NCBI GenBank assembly: GCA_963823195.1
Contig: CAWGKR010000004.1
Location: 314,281 to 378,280 of the forward strand
Reading direction: 5' to 3'
Length of the DNA: 64,000 nt
From: an uncultured Acidobacteriota bacterium
GTDB lineage: Bacteria > Acidobacteriota > Vicinamibacteria > Fen-336
The notes under the pieces are model-generated. The model was not told where the DNA came from. It saw only the letters and a program-made list of their open reading frames with translations, and ran no database searches. The first letter of the stretch is position 1. Each line of letters opens with the position of its first letter. Of this stretch, positions 41,814 to 54,455 are shown piece after piece. A program made the position numbers and the translations under genes.

Positions 41814-42896
41814 ATGAGTCTAGCCGTGCGGATCCCTCTCATGAGGCTGACGTTGCTCGTCGGAAGCGTTCTCTCTCTCGGTCCCCTTGCCGAAGCGCAG
41901 CACTACCAGCAGACGAGCCTTGTCTCGGACTTGCCCGGAGCCGTCACCACCGACGCCAACCTCGTCAACCCCTGGGGCCTTTCCCGAAGCTCCGGGAGCC
42001 CGTGGTGGGTGTCGAACAACGGAACGGGAACCGCCACGCTGTACAACGGCGCGGGGGGAACCATCCCCCTGGTCGTCACCATCCCCGGCGCCAGCGGACC
42101 CGGTGTGCCCACGGGGACGGTCTTCAACGGCAGCGCCGACTTCGAGCTGTCGCCCGGGAACCACGCCGTCTTCCTCTTCGTCGGCGAGGACGGCACGATC
42201 TCGGGCTGGAACCCGGCCGTCAACCCGACCCAGGCCGTCGTTATGGCGACCGTTCCCCGCGCGGTCTACAAGGGCGCTGCCATCGCCACGAACCGCGGCG
42301 CGCACTTCCTCTACGTCGCGAACTTCGGCCGGCGCCGGATCGACGTCTTCGACACGACCTTCACGCGCGTCCACCTGGACCACGATGCGTTCGAGGATGA
42401 GAGGCTCCCCAGAGGCTACGCCCCCTTCAACGTCCAGAACATCGGCGACAGCCTCTACGTCGCCTTCGCGAAGGTGGACCCCGGCAGCTCCGACGAGGTC
42501 CAGGGAGCGGGCTTCGGGTTCGTCGACGTCTTCACCCCCGGGGGCCGGCTCATCAGGCGGCTCGAGCACGGCCCGTGGCTCAATGCGCCGTGGGGGATGG
42601 CCCTGGCTCCCGGGGACTTCGGCGCCTTCAGTCACCATCTCCTCGTGGGTCAGTTCGGCAGCGGCGAGATCGCGGTCTACAACGCGTCGTCCGGACGGTT
42701 CGCCGGCAAGTTCCTGGACCCCACCGACGCCGTGCTGACGATCGACGGCCTGTGGGCCCTCAGCTTCGGAAACGGCGCCGCCGCGGGGCCGCTCAATACG
42801 CTGTTCTTCACCGCCGGAATCCAGGACGAGAGCCATGGCCTCTTCGGAAGCCTCACGCCCACGGGGGCGGACGTCTCCTTCGGAAACGGACAGTAG
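41814..42896 (+). CDS. TIGR03118-like secreted protein (beta-propeller-like, Acidobacteria-associated family)
   Basis: Signal peptide MSLAVRIPLMRLTLLVGSVLSLGPLAEAQ. ...NLVNPWGLSRSSGSPWWVSNNGTGTATLYNGAG...FLYVANFGRRRIDVFDTTF...GDSLYVAFAKVDPGS...GAGFGFVDVFTPGGRLIRRLEHGPWLNAPWGMALAP. Confidence 0.65.
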   Translation: MSLAVRIPLMRLTLLVGSVLSLGPLAEAQHYQQTSLVSDLPGAVTTDANLVNPWGLSRSSGSPWWVSNNGTGTATLYNGAGGTIPLVVTIPGASGPGVPTGTVFNGSADFELSPGNHAVFLFVGEDGTISGWNPAVNPTQAVVMATVPRAVYKGAAIATNRGAHFLYVANFGRRRIDVFDTTFTRVHLDHDAFEDERLPRGYAPFNVQNIGDSLYVAFAKVDPGSSDEVQGAGFGFVDVFTPGGRLIRRLEHGPWLNAPWGMALAPGDFGAFSHHLLVGQFGSGEIAVYNASSGRFAGKFLDPTDAVLTIDGLWALSFGNGAAAGPLNTLFFTAGIQDESHGLFGSLTPTGADVSFGNGQ

Positions 42897-43088
42897 GGAT
42901 CCACCCGTTGGACGCCGGGGGCACGGTCGCGGCCGTGCCCCCACTCGTTCCCTCCGGCCTCCCCGATCCATCGTCGCCCGTCCGTAACACCGCCGGGCCG
43001 CTTCGGCCGCCCGAGCCGCGGATCCGCCCCAAAGGGCTGGCGCCGCCCGCGCGTCCGCCGTACGTTGGACGAGGGGCGGGAGGTGTAC

Positions 43089-44561
43089 ATGGACACGGTT
43101 CAAGACTCCGGACGTCGGCGCAGGATCGCGGCGGCGACGCTGGCGGTGTTCGGGCTCTGTGGCTTCACCGCGGCGGGACCGGGCGACAAGATACCGATCA
43201 CGACGTCGTCGGCCGAAGCTCGGCAACTCTACCTGCAGGGCCGTGACCTCTCCGACAAGCTGCGGGTCACGGACTCTCGCAAGTTCTATCGGGAGGCGCT
43301 CGCCAAGGACCCGAGCTTCGCCCGAGCCCACCTGGACCTCGCCAACGTCGCCGGCACGAACAAGGAGTTCTTCGACGAGCTCAAGAGCGCGGTGGCTCTC
43401 GCCCCGAAGGCGTCCGAGGCCGAAAGGTCCATGATCCTGGGCCTGGAGGCCGGTGTGAAGGGGGACGTCGGCGCGCAAAAGGCCTACTACACGAAGCTCG
43501 TGGGAGCCTTTCCCGCCGACGAACGCGCCCACAACCTGCTCGGCGGCTTTCACTTCGGCCAGCAGGAGTTCGCGACCGCGATCGAGGAGTACAAGAAGGC
43601 CACGGCCCTGGCCCCCACCTTCTCGCAGCCCTACAACCAGCTGGGCTACGCCTACCGCTTCCTCGGGAACTACGCCGAGGCCGAGCAGGCCTTCAAGAAG
43701 TACATCGACCTCATCCCGAACGATCCGAACCCCTACGACTCCTACGCCGAGCTCCTCATGAAGATGGGGCGCTTCGAGGACTCGATCAAGAGCTACGAGA
43801 AAGCGCTCTCCTTCGACCCCAACTTCATCGCCTCGTACATCGGTATCGGCCTCGATCGCGTGTTCCTGGGGCGCGGTGACGAGGCGCGGAAGAGCTTCGA
43901 GAAGCTGGGCGGCGTCGCGCGGAACAACGGCGAGCGGAGGCAGGCGTTCTTCTGGACGGCCGTGTCCCACGTGTACGAGGGCGCCCCCGACAAGGCCCTC
44001 GCCGAGATCGCGAAGATGTCCTCCCTGGCCACGGCTGACGGCGACGGCGGGGCCCTCTCGGGAGACGCAAACCTCGCCGCGAACATCCTGTTGGAAGCGG
44101 GAGACGCCGACAAGGCCGCGTCCAGGTTCGCCGACGGTCTCCAGGCGATCGACAAGGCCGACGTGCCCGCCGAGGTCAAGCAGGCGGCGCACCGCAACGA
44201 CGTGTACGACCAGGCGCGGCTGGCCATCGTCCGCAAGGACCTGAAAGGCGCGCGGGAGAAGGCGGCCGAGTACGCACGCCAGGTCGGGGTGAAGGCCATA
44301 CCGTTCGAGGTGCGCCAGCATCACGAGCTGGAGGGGCGGCTCGCTCTCGAGGACAAGAACTGGGCTCTCGCCTTGAGCGAGCTGCAGCAGGCCAGCCAGC
44401 AGGATCCCCGCGTCCTCTACCTGACCGCCGTGGCGCTCCAGGGCAAGGGCGATCGCCCTGGGGCGAAGCAGGTCCTCACCCGGGCCGCCGACTTCAACGA
44501 GAACAACCCGAACTACGCTTACGTGAGGACGAAGGCCAAGGAGATGCTCGCGAAGCTGTAG
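43089..44561 (+). CDS. TPR-repeat protein, secreted
   Basis: GGGAGG precedes the ATG at 43089. Signal peptide ...RRRRIAAATLAVFGLCGFTAAG. Multiple 34-aa TPR-like repeats (AHLDLANVA..., AHNLLGGFHF..., PYNQLGYAYRFLGNYAEAEQAFKKYIDLIPND..., SYAELLMKMGRFEDSIKSYEKALSFDPN...). Confidence 0.8.
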   Translation: MDTVQDSGRRRRIAAATLAVFGLCGFTAAGPGDKIPITTSSAEARQLYLQGRDLSDKLRVTDSRKFYREALAKDPSFARAHLDLANVAGTNKEFFDELKSAVALAPKASEAERSMILGLEAGVKGDVGAQKAYYTKLVGAFPADERAHNLLGGFHFGQQEFATAIEEYKKATALAPTFSQPYNQLGYAYRFLGNYAEAEQAFKKYIDLIPNDPNPYDSYAELLMKMGRFEDSIKSYEKALSFDPNFIASYIGIGLDRVFLGRGDEARKSFEKLGGVARNNGERRQAFFWTAVSHVYEGAPDKALAEIAKMSSLATADGDGGALSGDANLAANILLEAGDADKAASRFADGLQAIDKADVPAEVKQAAHRNDVYDQARLAIVRKDLKGAREKAAEYARQVGVKAIPFEVRQHHELEGRLALEDKNWALALSELQQASQQDPRVLYLTAVALQGKGDRPGAKQVLTRAADFNENNPNYAYVRTKAKEMLAKL

Positions 44562-44590
44562 CCGCCGCCGCGGCGGCCCGCTGATTTCGC
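44562..44590 (+). terminator. possible intrinsic terminator after the TPR gene (GCCGCCG-ccg-CGGCGGC hairpin followed by a weak T tract)
   Basis: GC-rich palindrome immediately after the stop codon; the U tract is poor (gatttcg). Confidence 0.25.
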
Positions 44591-44623
44591 CACGCCGGCC
44601 GGCGGTCGTGATACGGTGTTTCG

Positions 44624-44971
44624 ATGGAGTTGCCCCGCAATCGCGTCGTGGCCGCGCGAGCCGTCGGTGTCATCGCCGACGCCGTGCAGATCGGCCTCTT
44701 CCCGCTCTTCTGGCCCGGCGCGGCGTCGGTGGCCGACGACGTCCTTGACGTGGTGGTAGCCGTGATCCTGTTCGTCCTCGTCGGTTGGCACTGGGCTTTC
44801 GTCCCGGCGTTCCTGTCGGAGCTGGTTCCAGGCTTCGACCTGGTGCCCACGTGGACTGCGGCCGCCTTCCTGGCGACGCGTCAGGCCGGCGGGCCGCCGG
44901 TGGGCGAGGCGCCGGCCGGTCGGCCGTCCCTCGAGCCCAAGCCCCCCGCCCTGCCACCCAAAGGGGCGTGA
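44624..44971 (+). CDS. DUF4112 family membrane protein
   Basis: [64 protein letters not shown] matches DUF4112. Its 3' end overlaps the convergent RND gene end; boundaries uncertain. Confidence 0.55.
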   Translation: MELPRNRVVAARAVGVIADAVQIGLFPLFWPGAASVADDVLDVVVAVILFVLVGWHWAFVPAFLSELVPGFDLVPTWTAAAFLATRQAGGPPVGEAPAGRPSLEPKPPALPPKGA

Positions 44972-47900
44972 CGCACGCGACTCACCCACGCCTGAAGCCT
45001 CTCGAAGACGAGGTAGACGACGGGCGTCGTGTACAGGGTGAGGAACTGACTGACGAGGAGTCCTCCCACGATGCTGATTCCGAGGGGCCGGCGTAGCTCC
45101 GAGCCCGTGCCGGTGCCGAGGGCCAGGGGAAGGCTGCCGAAGAGGGCGGCCATCGTCGTCATCATGATGGGACGGAAGCGGAGCAGGCACGCTTTGTAGA
45201 TGGCCTGCTCCGACGTCAGGTTCTCGCGGCGCTCCACGTCCAGGGCGAAGTCCACCATCATGATGGCGTTCTTCTTGACGATCCCCACGAGGAGGATCAC
45301 GCCCACGAGGGCGATGACGCTGAAGTCCGTGCGGGTGGCGAGGAGGGCGAGCAGCGCCCCGACGCCGGCCGACGGGAGCGTCGAGAGGATCGTCACCGGG
45401 TGGATGGTGCTCTCGTACAGGACCCCGAGGGTGACGTAGACGGTGATGAGGGCCGCCAGGATGAGAAGCGGCTCGTTGGCGAGGGAGGCGCGGAACGCCG
45501 CCGCCGTTCCCGCGAAGTCCGCGTGGATCCCCGCGGGGAGGCCGATCTCCCGCTTCGCCGCCTTCGATCGCCGCGGTGGCCTGGCCCAGGGCGACCTGGG
45601 GCGCCAGGTTGAACGAGATCGTGACGGCGGGGAACTGCCCCTGGTGGTTGACCGCCAGCGTCGTGTTCGTCGGCTCGAAGCGCGTGAAGGCGCTCAGGGG
45701 CACGTCGGCCCCCTTGCTGGAGTGCACGTAGATGCTCTTCAGGGCCTCGGGGCTCTCCCGGAACTCGGGGAGGACCTCGAGGACGACGTGGTGCTGGTTC
45801 ATCTCGAGGTACTGGGTGGAGACCTGTCGCTGGCCGAAGGCGTCGTACAGCGTGTCGTCGACCGCTCGCGGCGTGACGCCGAGGCGCGAGGCGGTGTCGC
45901 GATCGATGACGACGGTCGTCTGAAGGCCGTGGTTGAGCTGGTCGCTGGTCACGTCGCGGAGCTCCGGCACGGTGCGGAGCTTCCGCAGGAGGCGCGGCGC
46001 CCAGGTCGTCAGCTCGGCCAGGTCGGCGTCCTGGAGCGTGTACTGGTACTGGGAGCCGCTGGGACGTCCGCCCATGCGCACGTCCTGCACGGGCTGGAGG
46101 AACATGCTGGCGCCGGGAACGGTGCCGAGCGGCCCCCGGAGACGGGCGATGACCTGGTCGGCGGTGACGTCCCGCTCCGACCACGGCTTCAGCGAGACGA
46201 AGAGGCGCCCCGTGTTGGTGGCGCCGCCGCCTCCGACGAAGGCGGTCACGCTGTCGATCGCCGGGTCCTTCATCAGGATCGCGGCCAGCTCCTTCTGCTT
46301 CAGGGCCAGGGTCGCCGACGAGACGTCCTCGGCGGCCAGGAGCGTTCCCGCGAGACGCCCCGTGTCCTGCTGCGGGAAGAAGCCCTTGGGGATGATGACG
46401 AAGAGATAGACGCTCAGGAACAGGGTCGCCACCGTCATCGCGAAGACGGCGGGCTGGTGCTTCAGCACCCACCGGAGGCCGCGATCGTAGGTGGCCAGCA
46501 TCGCGTCGAAGGCGCGCTCGCTGGCGCGGTGGAAGCGCCCCTGGGTCGCCTTGTTCTCCCTCCTGAGGAAGCGGGCGCACATCATCGGCGTCGTCGTCAG
46601 GGACACGAAGAGCGACACCGCGATGGCGATGCTCAGCGTGGCCGCGAACTCCCGGAAGAGCCGGCCCACGATCCCGCCCATCAGGAGGATCGGCAGGAAG
46701 ACCGCGATGAGCGACACGGACATCGACAGGACCGTGAAGCCCACCTCGCGCGAGCCCTTGAGGGCCGCCTCGTAGGGACGCTCGCCCATCTCCATGTGGC
46801 GCGAGATGTTCTCGATGACGACGATCGCGTCGTCCACGACGAAGCCGGTCGCCACGGTCAGGGCCATCAGGGAGAAGTTGTCCAGGCTGAAGCCGAGGAG
46901 GTACATGATCCCGAACGTGCCCAGGAGCGAGAGGGGCACCGAGATGCTCGGGATGACCGTGGCCCAGACGTTGCGAAGGAACAGGAAGATGACCAGGATC
47001 ACGAGGCCGATGGTGACGGACAGGGTGAGCTGGATGTCGTGGACGGAGGCGCGGATCGTCTGCGTGGGATCGGCGGCGATCTTGATCGTGATCGAGGGAG
47101 GGATCGAGGCGCGAAGCTCCGGAAGGATGGCCTTGATCTGGTCCGACGTGGCGATGACGTTGGCGCCGGGCTGTCGGAAGATGACTAGGATGACCGCGGG
47201 CTCGTTGTTGGAGAGCCCGGCCGCCCTCACGTCCTCCACCGACTCGAACACGTCCCCGATGTCGCCCAGCCGCACGGGAGCCCCGTTCCGGTAGGCGATG
47301 ACGAGGGAGCGGTATTCCTCGGCCTTGAGGAGCTGATCGTTGGCCGTCAGGACGAACGACTGATGCTCGCCCGGAGAGCTCTCCCTTGGGCATGTTGATG
47401 CTGGCGGCGCGGAGGGCCGCCCGCACGTCCTCGAGGCTCAGGCCGCGGCTGGCCAGCACCACCGGATTGACCTGGACGCGCACGGCCGGCCGCGCGCCGC
47501 CCCCCACGAAGACCTGGCCGACCCCTTCGACCTGGGCGATCCTCTGGGAGAGGATCGTGTCGGCGACGTCGAAGATGCTGGCTCCTGCTCGAGCTCCTTG
47601 GAGGTCAGGGCCAGGAGCAGGATCGGCGCGTCGGCGGGGTTGACGCGCCGATAGTTCGGGCTGTTGGGAAGGTTCGCGGGGAGCTGCCCCCGGGCCGCGT
47701 TGATGGCCGCCTGCACGTCCCTCGAGGCGGCGTCGATGCTGCGCCCCAGGTCGAACTGCAGCGTGACGGTGGACTGGCCGAGCTGGCTCGTCGAGGTCAT
47801 CTCGGTGACGCCCGCGATCCGTCCGAACTGGCGCTCGAGGGGCGTCGCGACCGCCGAGGCCATCGTCTCCGGGCTCGCCCCGGGAAGCCCCGCGTTGACC

Positions 47901-48039
47901 GAGATGGTCGGGAACTCCACCTGCGGGCAGGGCCGCGACGGGCAGGAACGCGTAGCCCAGGACCCCGGCCATGATGACCGCGAGGCTCAGGAGCGAGGTT
48001 GCGATCGGACGCCGGATGAACGGGCGCCGAGATGTTCAC
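44881..48039 (-). CDS. mdtC: RND efflux transporter permease, MdtC-like (HAE1 family); at least 5 frameshifts; GTG start overlaps the upstream pump stop (GTGA)
   Basis: (M)[24 protein letters not shown]...[23 protein letters not shown]...[28 protein letters not shown]... TM7-12 ...[50 protein letters not shown]...[33 protein letters not shown]...YLVFERLQ. Confidence 0.8.
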
Positions 48040-51000
48040 GCGCGCCCCGCTCCGGCCGGTTCGACGCCGCCATCGTCCATCTCGTTGACGATCTTGAGGC
48101 GGGACAGGCGCCGCGCGAGCCGATCGAACGCCAGGTAGACCACCGGCGTCGTGTACAGCGTGAGGACCTGGCTCAGGATCAGTCCGCCCACGATGGCGAT
48201 TCCCAGGGGCCGCCGCAGCTCGCTGCCCGTCCCGCTGCCGAGGGCGAGGGGAAGGCCGCCCAGGAGCGCCGCCATCGTCGTCATCATGATGGGACGGAAG
48301 CGGAGCAGGCAGGCCTGGTAGATCGACTCCTCGGGGGGCTTCCCCTCCGTGCGCTCGGCCTCGAGGGCGAAGTCGATCATCATGATCGCGTTCTTCTTGA
48401 CGATGCCGATGAGCAGGATGATGCCGATGAGGGCGATGACGCTGAACTCCGTGCGGCAGAGGAGCAGGGCCAGCGAGGGCGCCCACGCCCGCCGACGGCA
48501 GCGTCGAGAGGATCGTGACGGGGTGGATGTAGCTCTCGTACAGGACGCCGAGGACGATGTAGACCGTCACGAGAGCCGCGAGGATCAGCCAGATCTCGCT
48601 CGAGAGCGCGCGCTGGAAGGCCGCGGCCGTTCCCTGGAAGTTGGCGCGGATGCTCGCCGGCAGGCCGATCTGCCTTCTCGACCTCGCGAATGGCGCGCGT
48701 GGCGTGGCCGAGGGAGATCCCGGGTGCCAGGTTGAAGGAGAGCGTCACCGCCGGGAACTGTCCCTGGTGGTTCACGACCAGCGTCGTGGGCCCGGTCTCG
48801 AAATGGGTGAAGGCGCTCAGGGGAACCTGCTTGCCGTCGGCGGCGTGCACGTAGATCCCCTTGAGCGACTCCGGGCTTCGCTGGAAGTGCGGGTCGACCT
48901 CGAGGACCACGTGGTACTGGTTGAGCTGGGTGAAGATGGTCGAGACCTGGCGCTGCCCGAAGGCGTCGTAGAGCGTGTCGCCGATGGCCTGGATCGGGAC
49001 GCCGAGGCGGCTGGCCGTGTCCCGGTCGATCACGAGGTTGGCCTCGAGCCCTCCGTTCTGCTGGTCGCTCGCCACGTCCCTGAGCTCCGGCCGCTCCTTG
49101 CAGCTTCTCCACGAGCCGGGGCGTCCAGTCGGCCAGCTCGGCGGCGCTCGCGTCTTCGAGGGTGTACTGGAACTGCGTGCGGCTGACGCGGCTCTCCACC
49201 GTCAGGTCCTGAACGGGCTGCATGTAGAGCGTGATGCCGTCGACCTTCGCGAGCTCGGGCTGGAGGCGGAGGATGATGTCCGAGGCCGATGACGTTCCGC
49301 TCCTCGTGGGGCTTCAGGGTGATCTGGATGCGTCCGCTGTTCGGCGTCGTGTTGATGCCGTCGACCCCGATGAACGACGAGAGGCCCGCCACGTCGGGGT
49401 CCTTCAGCACGACTCGGGCGAGGGCCTGCTGTCTCTCGGCCATGGCGGCGAACGAGATCGTCCCGGCGGCCTCCGACACGCCCAGGATCACGCCGGTGTC
49501 CTGCACGGGGAAGAACCCCTTGGGCACCACGACGTAGAGCAGCACGGTGATCACGAGGGTGGCCACGGTCACGACCAGGGTCGCGGTCTGGTGCTTCAGC
49601 ACCCACTGGAGCGTGTCGCCGTACCTGCGGATCACGGTCTCGAAGGCTTCCTCGGACCACTTGTAGAAGCGCCCGTGGCGGATCAGGTGCTTCGGACGCA
49701 GCAGCTTCGCGCACATCATCGGCGTGAGGGTCAGGGACACCACCGCCGAGACCAGGATCGTGACGCTCAGGGTCACCGCGAACTCGCGGAAGAGGCGCCC
49801 CACGATGTCGCCCATGAAGAGCAGGGGGATGAGCACCGCGATGAGGGAGACCGTGAGGGAGACGATGGTGAAGCCGATCTGGCCCGAGCCCTTGAGGGCC
49901 GCCTCGAGCGGGCGAGTCGCCCTTCCTCCACGAAGCGGTCGATGTTCTCGATCATGACGATGGCGTCGTCGACGACGAAGCCCGTGGAGATCGTGAGGGC
50001 CATGAGGGAGAGGTTGTTCAGGCTGTAGCCGAGCAGGTACATCACGCCGAAGGTGCCCACCAGGCTCAAGGGCACCGCCACGCTCGGGATCACCGTGGCC
50101 GAGAAGGTGCGCAGGAAGAGGAAGATCACCATCACCACGAGGGCCACGGTGAGGGTCAGCGAGAACTGGACGTCGCTCACCGACGCGCGGATCGTCTCGG
50201 TGCGGTCGGCCAGCACGCGCACCTTGACCGACGCGGGGAGGGCCGACTGGAGCGCGGGCATCAGGGCCTGGATCCGGTCCACGACGCCGATGATGTTGGC
50301 TCCCGGCTGGCGCTGGATGTTGACGATGACCGCGGGGCGATCGTTCATCCAGGCGGCCTGCTTCACGTTCTCGGCACCGTCGATGACCGTGGCGACGTCG
50401 CTCAGGCGCACCGGGGCGCCGTCGCGGTAGGCCACGATGATCGGCTTGTACCCCTCGCTCGACAGGAGCTGGTCGTTGGCGCCGATGGTGAAGGACTGCC
50501 GCGCGCCGTCGATGGACCCCTTCGCGAGGTTCACGTTGGCCTGGGCGAGGGCCGTCCTGAGGTCTTCGAGGCTCAGGCCGTAGGAGGCGAGCGCCGCCGG
50601 GTTCGCCTGGATGCGGACCGCTGGCTTCTGCCCGCCGCCGATCGAGACCATCCCGACGCCCGGGAGCTGCGAGACCTTCTGGGCCAGGGTCGTGTCGGCC
50701 AGGTCCTCGACCTTGGAGAGCGGCAGCACGTCGGAGGTGAGCCCCAGCGTCAGGATAGGGGAGTCGGCGGGGTTCACCTTGTTGTAGATGGGCGGGTTGG
50801 GGAGGTCGCGGGGCAGGTACGTTCCGGCCGCGTTGATCGCCGCCTGAACCTGCTGCTCGGCCACGTCGATGTTCTGGTCCAGGTTGAACTGCAGCGTGAT
50901 GACCGAGCAGCCGAACGAGCTGGACGACGTCATCTGGCTGAGCCCCGGGACCTGGCCGAACTGTCGCTCGAGCGGTGCCGTCACCGACGAGGCCATCACC

Positions 51001-51170
51001 TCGGGGCCGGCGCCGGGATAGAACGTCGACACCTGGATCGTGGGGTAGTCGACCTGCGGGAGGGCCGAGACCGGGAGCTGTGTGTAGGCGACGAGGCCCA
51101 CCAGGAAGAGCCCGATCATCAGGAGCGACGTCGCGACGGGACGGAGGATGAAGAGGCGCGACGGGTTCAT
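48036..51170 (-). CDS. mdtB: RND efflux transporter permease, MdtB-like (HAE1 family); several frameshifts; ATG overlaps the MFP stop (ATGA)
   Basis: [72 protein letters not shown]...[53 protein letters not shown]...[33 protein letters not shown]...[13 protein letters not shown]. Confidence 0.8.
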
Positions 51171-52406
51171 GACGTCGCGCCGGTGGGGGCTCCTGAGGGT
51201 GACGGCGCGGCCTTGTCCTTGGTGGCGCCGCGGATCTCGACCTTGCTGCCGGCCTGGACCTTCTCGTGGCCGTCGGTGACCACCTGCTCACCGGCCGCCA
51301 CGCCGTCGTCGATCTCGGTGAAGCCGCCCTGGCTGAGGCCCACCTTCAGGGGCCGGACCTCGATGCTCTTTTCGCCGTTGACGACGTAGGCGAACACGCC
51401 CTGCGATCCGCGCTGGACGGCGGCCGATGGAACCATGGTCTCGCCCTTCCGGGTCTCGACCAGGAGGCGAATGTTCACGAACTGGTTGGGCCAGAGGGCC
51501 CGGTCCTTGTTGTCGAAGAGCGCCTTGAGGCGGGCCGTCCCCGTCGTCGTGTCGATCTGGTTGTCGATGGTCAGGAGCGTGCCGGTGGCCAGCTTCGTGC
51601 GGTCGTCGCGGCTCCAGGCCTCGACCGGGAGCGTCGCCCCCTTCATGCTTCGGACGACCGTCTGGAGGTTGTCCTCGGGGAGGGAGAAGACGATCGCCAT
51701 CGGCTCGATCTCCGTCAGGACGAGGAGACCGGTCTGGTCCGACGCCCGCACCACGTTGCCCGACGTCCACGAGGCGGAGCCCGACCCTCCCGTTGATCGG
51801 CGCCGTGATCCGACAGTAGGCCAGCTGCAGCTGCGCGTTGTCGATCTGGGCCTGATCGGCGCGGGTGGCCGCCTCGAGCTGATGGACCAGGGAGACCTGC
51901 GCGTCGTACTGCTGCTGGGGGAGGATCCCCTGGTTGAAGAGGTCGTTGTTCCGTTCGAGGTTGCGCCGCTCGTCGGCGAGGCGCGCGGCATCCCGGGCGA
52001 GGTTGGCCTGCGCCTGTCGGAGCGCCACCTCCGAGGGCCGCGGGTCGATGACCACGAGGAGGTCCCCCTGGCGGACCTCTTGCCCCTCGCGGAAGGCGAT
52101 CTGCATGATCTGCCCGTCGACGCGGCTCTTGACCGTCACGGTGTTGAACGCCGTCACCGTTCCGAGGCCGGTCAGGTAGACCGGCAGGTCCCGCCGTTCT
52201 GCAGTGGCAACCGCCACGGGGACGACCGGCGCGGCGCTCCGGCCCGCCCGGCCCCCGGCCGCGGCGGGTGTCGTGCGGCCTCGAGCCAGAAGCCATCCGG
52301 CGCAGAGGACCAGGACGCCGCCGGCGACCACGAGCACGAGCCGGTTCTTGGGCTTCGGCATGGCGCTGCCCGCCGCTACGGCGTCCAAAGGTCCGGGCTC
52401 GCTCAT
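51167..52406 (-). CDS. mdtA: RND efflux membrane fusion protein (periplasmic adaptor), MdtA-like; 1-2 frameshifts
   Basis: AGGAGCG Shine-Dalgarno sequence. MSEPGP...[18 protein letters not shown] (TM). ...[49 protein letters not shown] (lipoyl/biotinyl-like) ...coiled coil...[21 protein letters not shown], continuing as ...[17 protein letters not shown]...[18 protein letters not shown]...[26 protein letters not shown]. Confidence 0.8.
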
Positions 52407-52605
52407 GGGCTCTGACGCTCCTGTCTGCCGCCAGGGTTCCGGACGGCATCCTACAGCAGCGTGAGGGAAGGAAGCCCAATCGTCAATGGGGGTTACCACG
52501 TTTTGCAAAGTCCTGACGAGTCTTGTGGTTGGTCACAGGCGGCGGGCAGGAAGGGTGGGGCCCGGGTGGGCTATACTCTCGGAAAACCCGAGGAGAACAG
52601 ACTGA

Positions 52606-52994
52606 TGCCCGCACCGCCGGCCGGCAAGCTCCCGAAGGACTACGACAAGCTCCCGGTCCCGCAACCCCAGGCCTCGAACGTGAGGAAGCGCGACCCGAAG
52701 ATGCTCGCGATCATCGATCCCGGCAAGTGCTTCGGCCGCGGCTGCGAGTACTGCGTCGCCGTCTGCCCCGTCCCCGACTGCATCACGCTCACGACGGACC
52801 CGGCGGCGCCGGAGCTCGACGTGTGCACGGTGAACCTCGACACCTGCATCGGCTGCATGGCCTGCGAGAAGTGGTGCCCCGACGACTACGACGCGATTCG
52901 CATGCTCCCCTTCGCGACGGTGTCCAAGGAGCGCGTGGCGTACGAGACCGCGACGTTCAGTGCCGAGCTTCCCCTCAAGAAGATCGGGGGCTAG
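52606..52994 (+). CDS. 4Fe-4S dicluster ferredoxin-like protein with Pro-rich N-terminal extension
   Basis: GAGGAGA precedes the ATG. Two cluster motifs: GKCFGRGCEYCVAVCP and CIGCMACEKWCP. Confidence 0.7.
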
Positions 52995-53069
52995 AACCGC
53001 CGGCGTGCCTGAGCCAAAGGCACCATGGCCGCCCGTCGGAACCCGTTCGATCATGGTCGCGGTGAATGA

Positions 53070-54446
<1,377 letters not shown>

Positions 54447-54455
54447 ACTTCGGGC

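Noticed and set aside
52430-52605. Possible operator or sigma-54-like element in the divergent mdtA/ferredoxin promoter (ttgcaaagtcctgacgagtcttgtggttggtcacagg)
   Set aside because: It is only an imperfect palindrome, and there is no clean GG-N10-GC (-24/-12) spacing. Not enough support to call.
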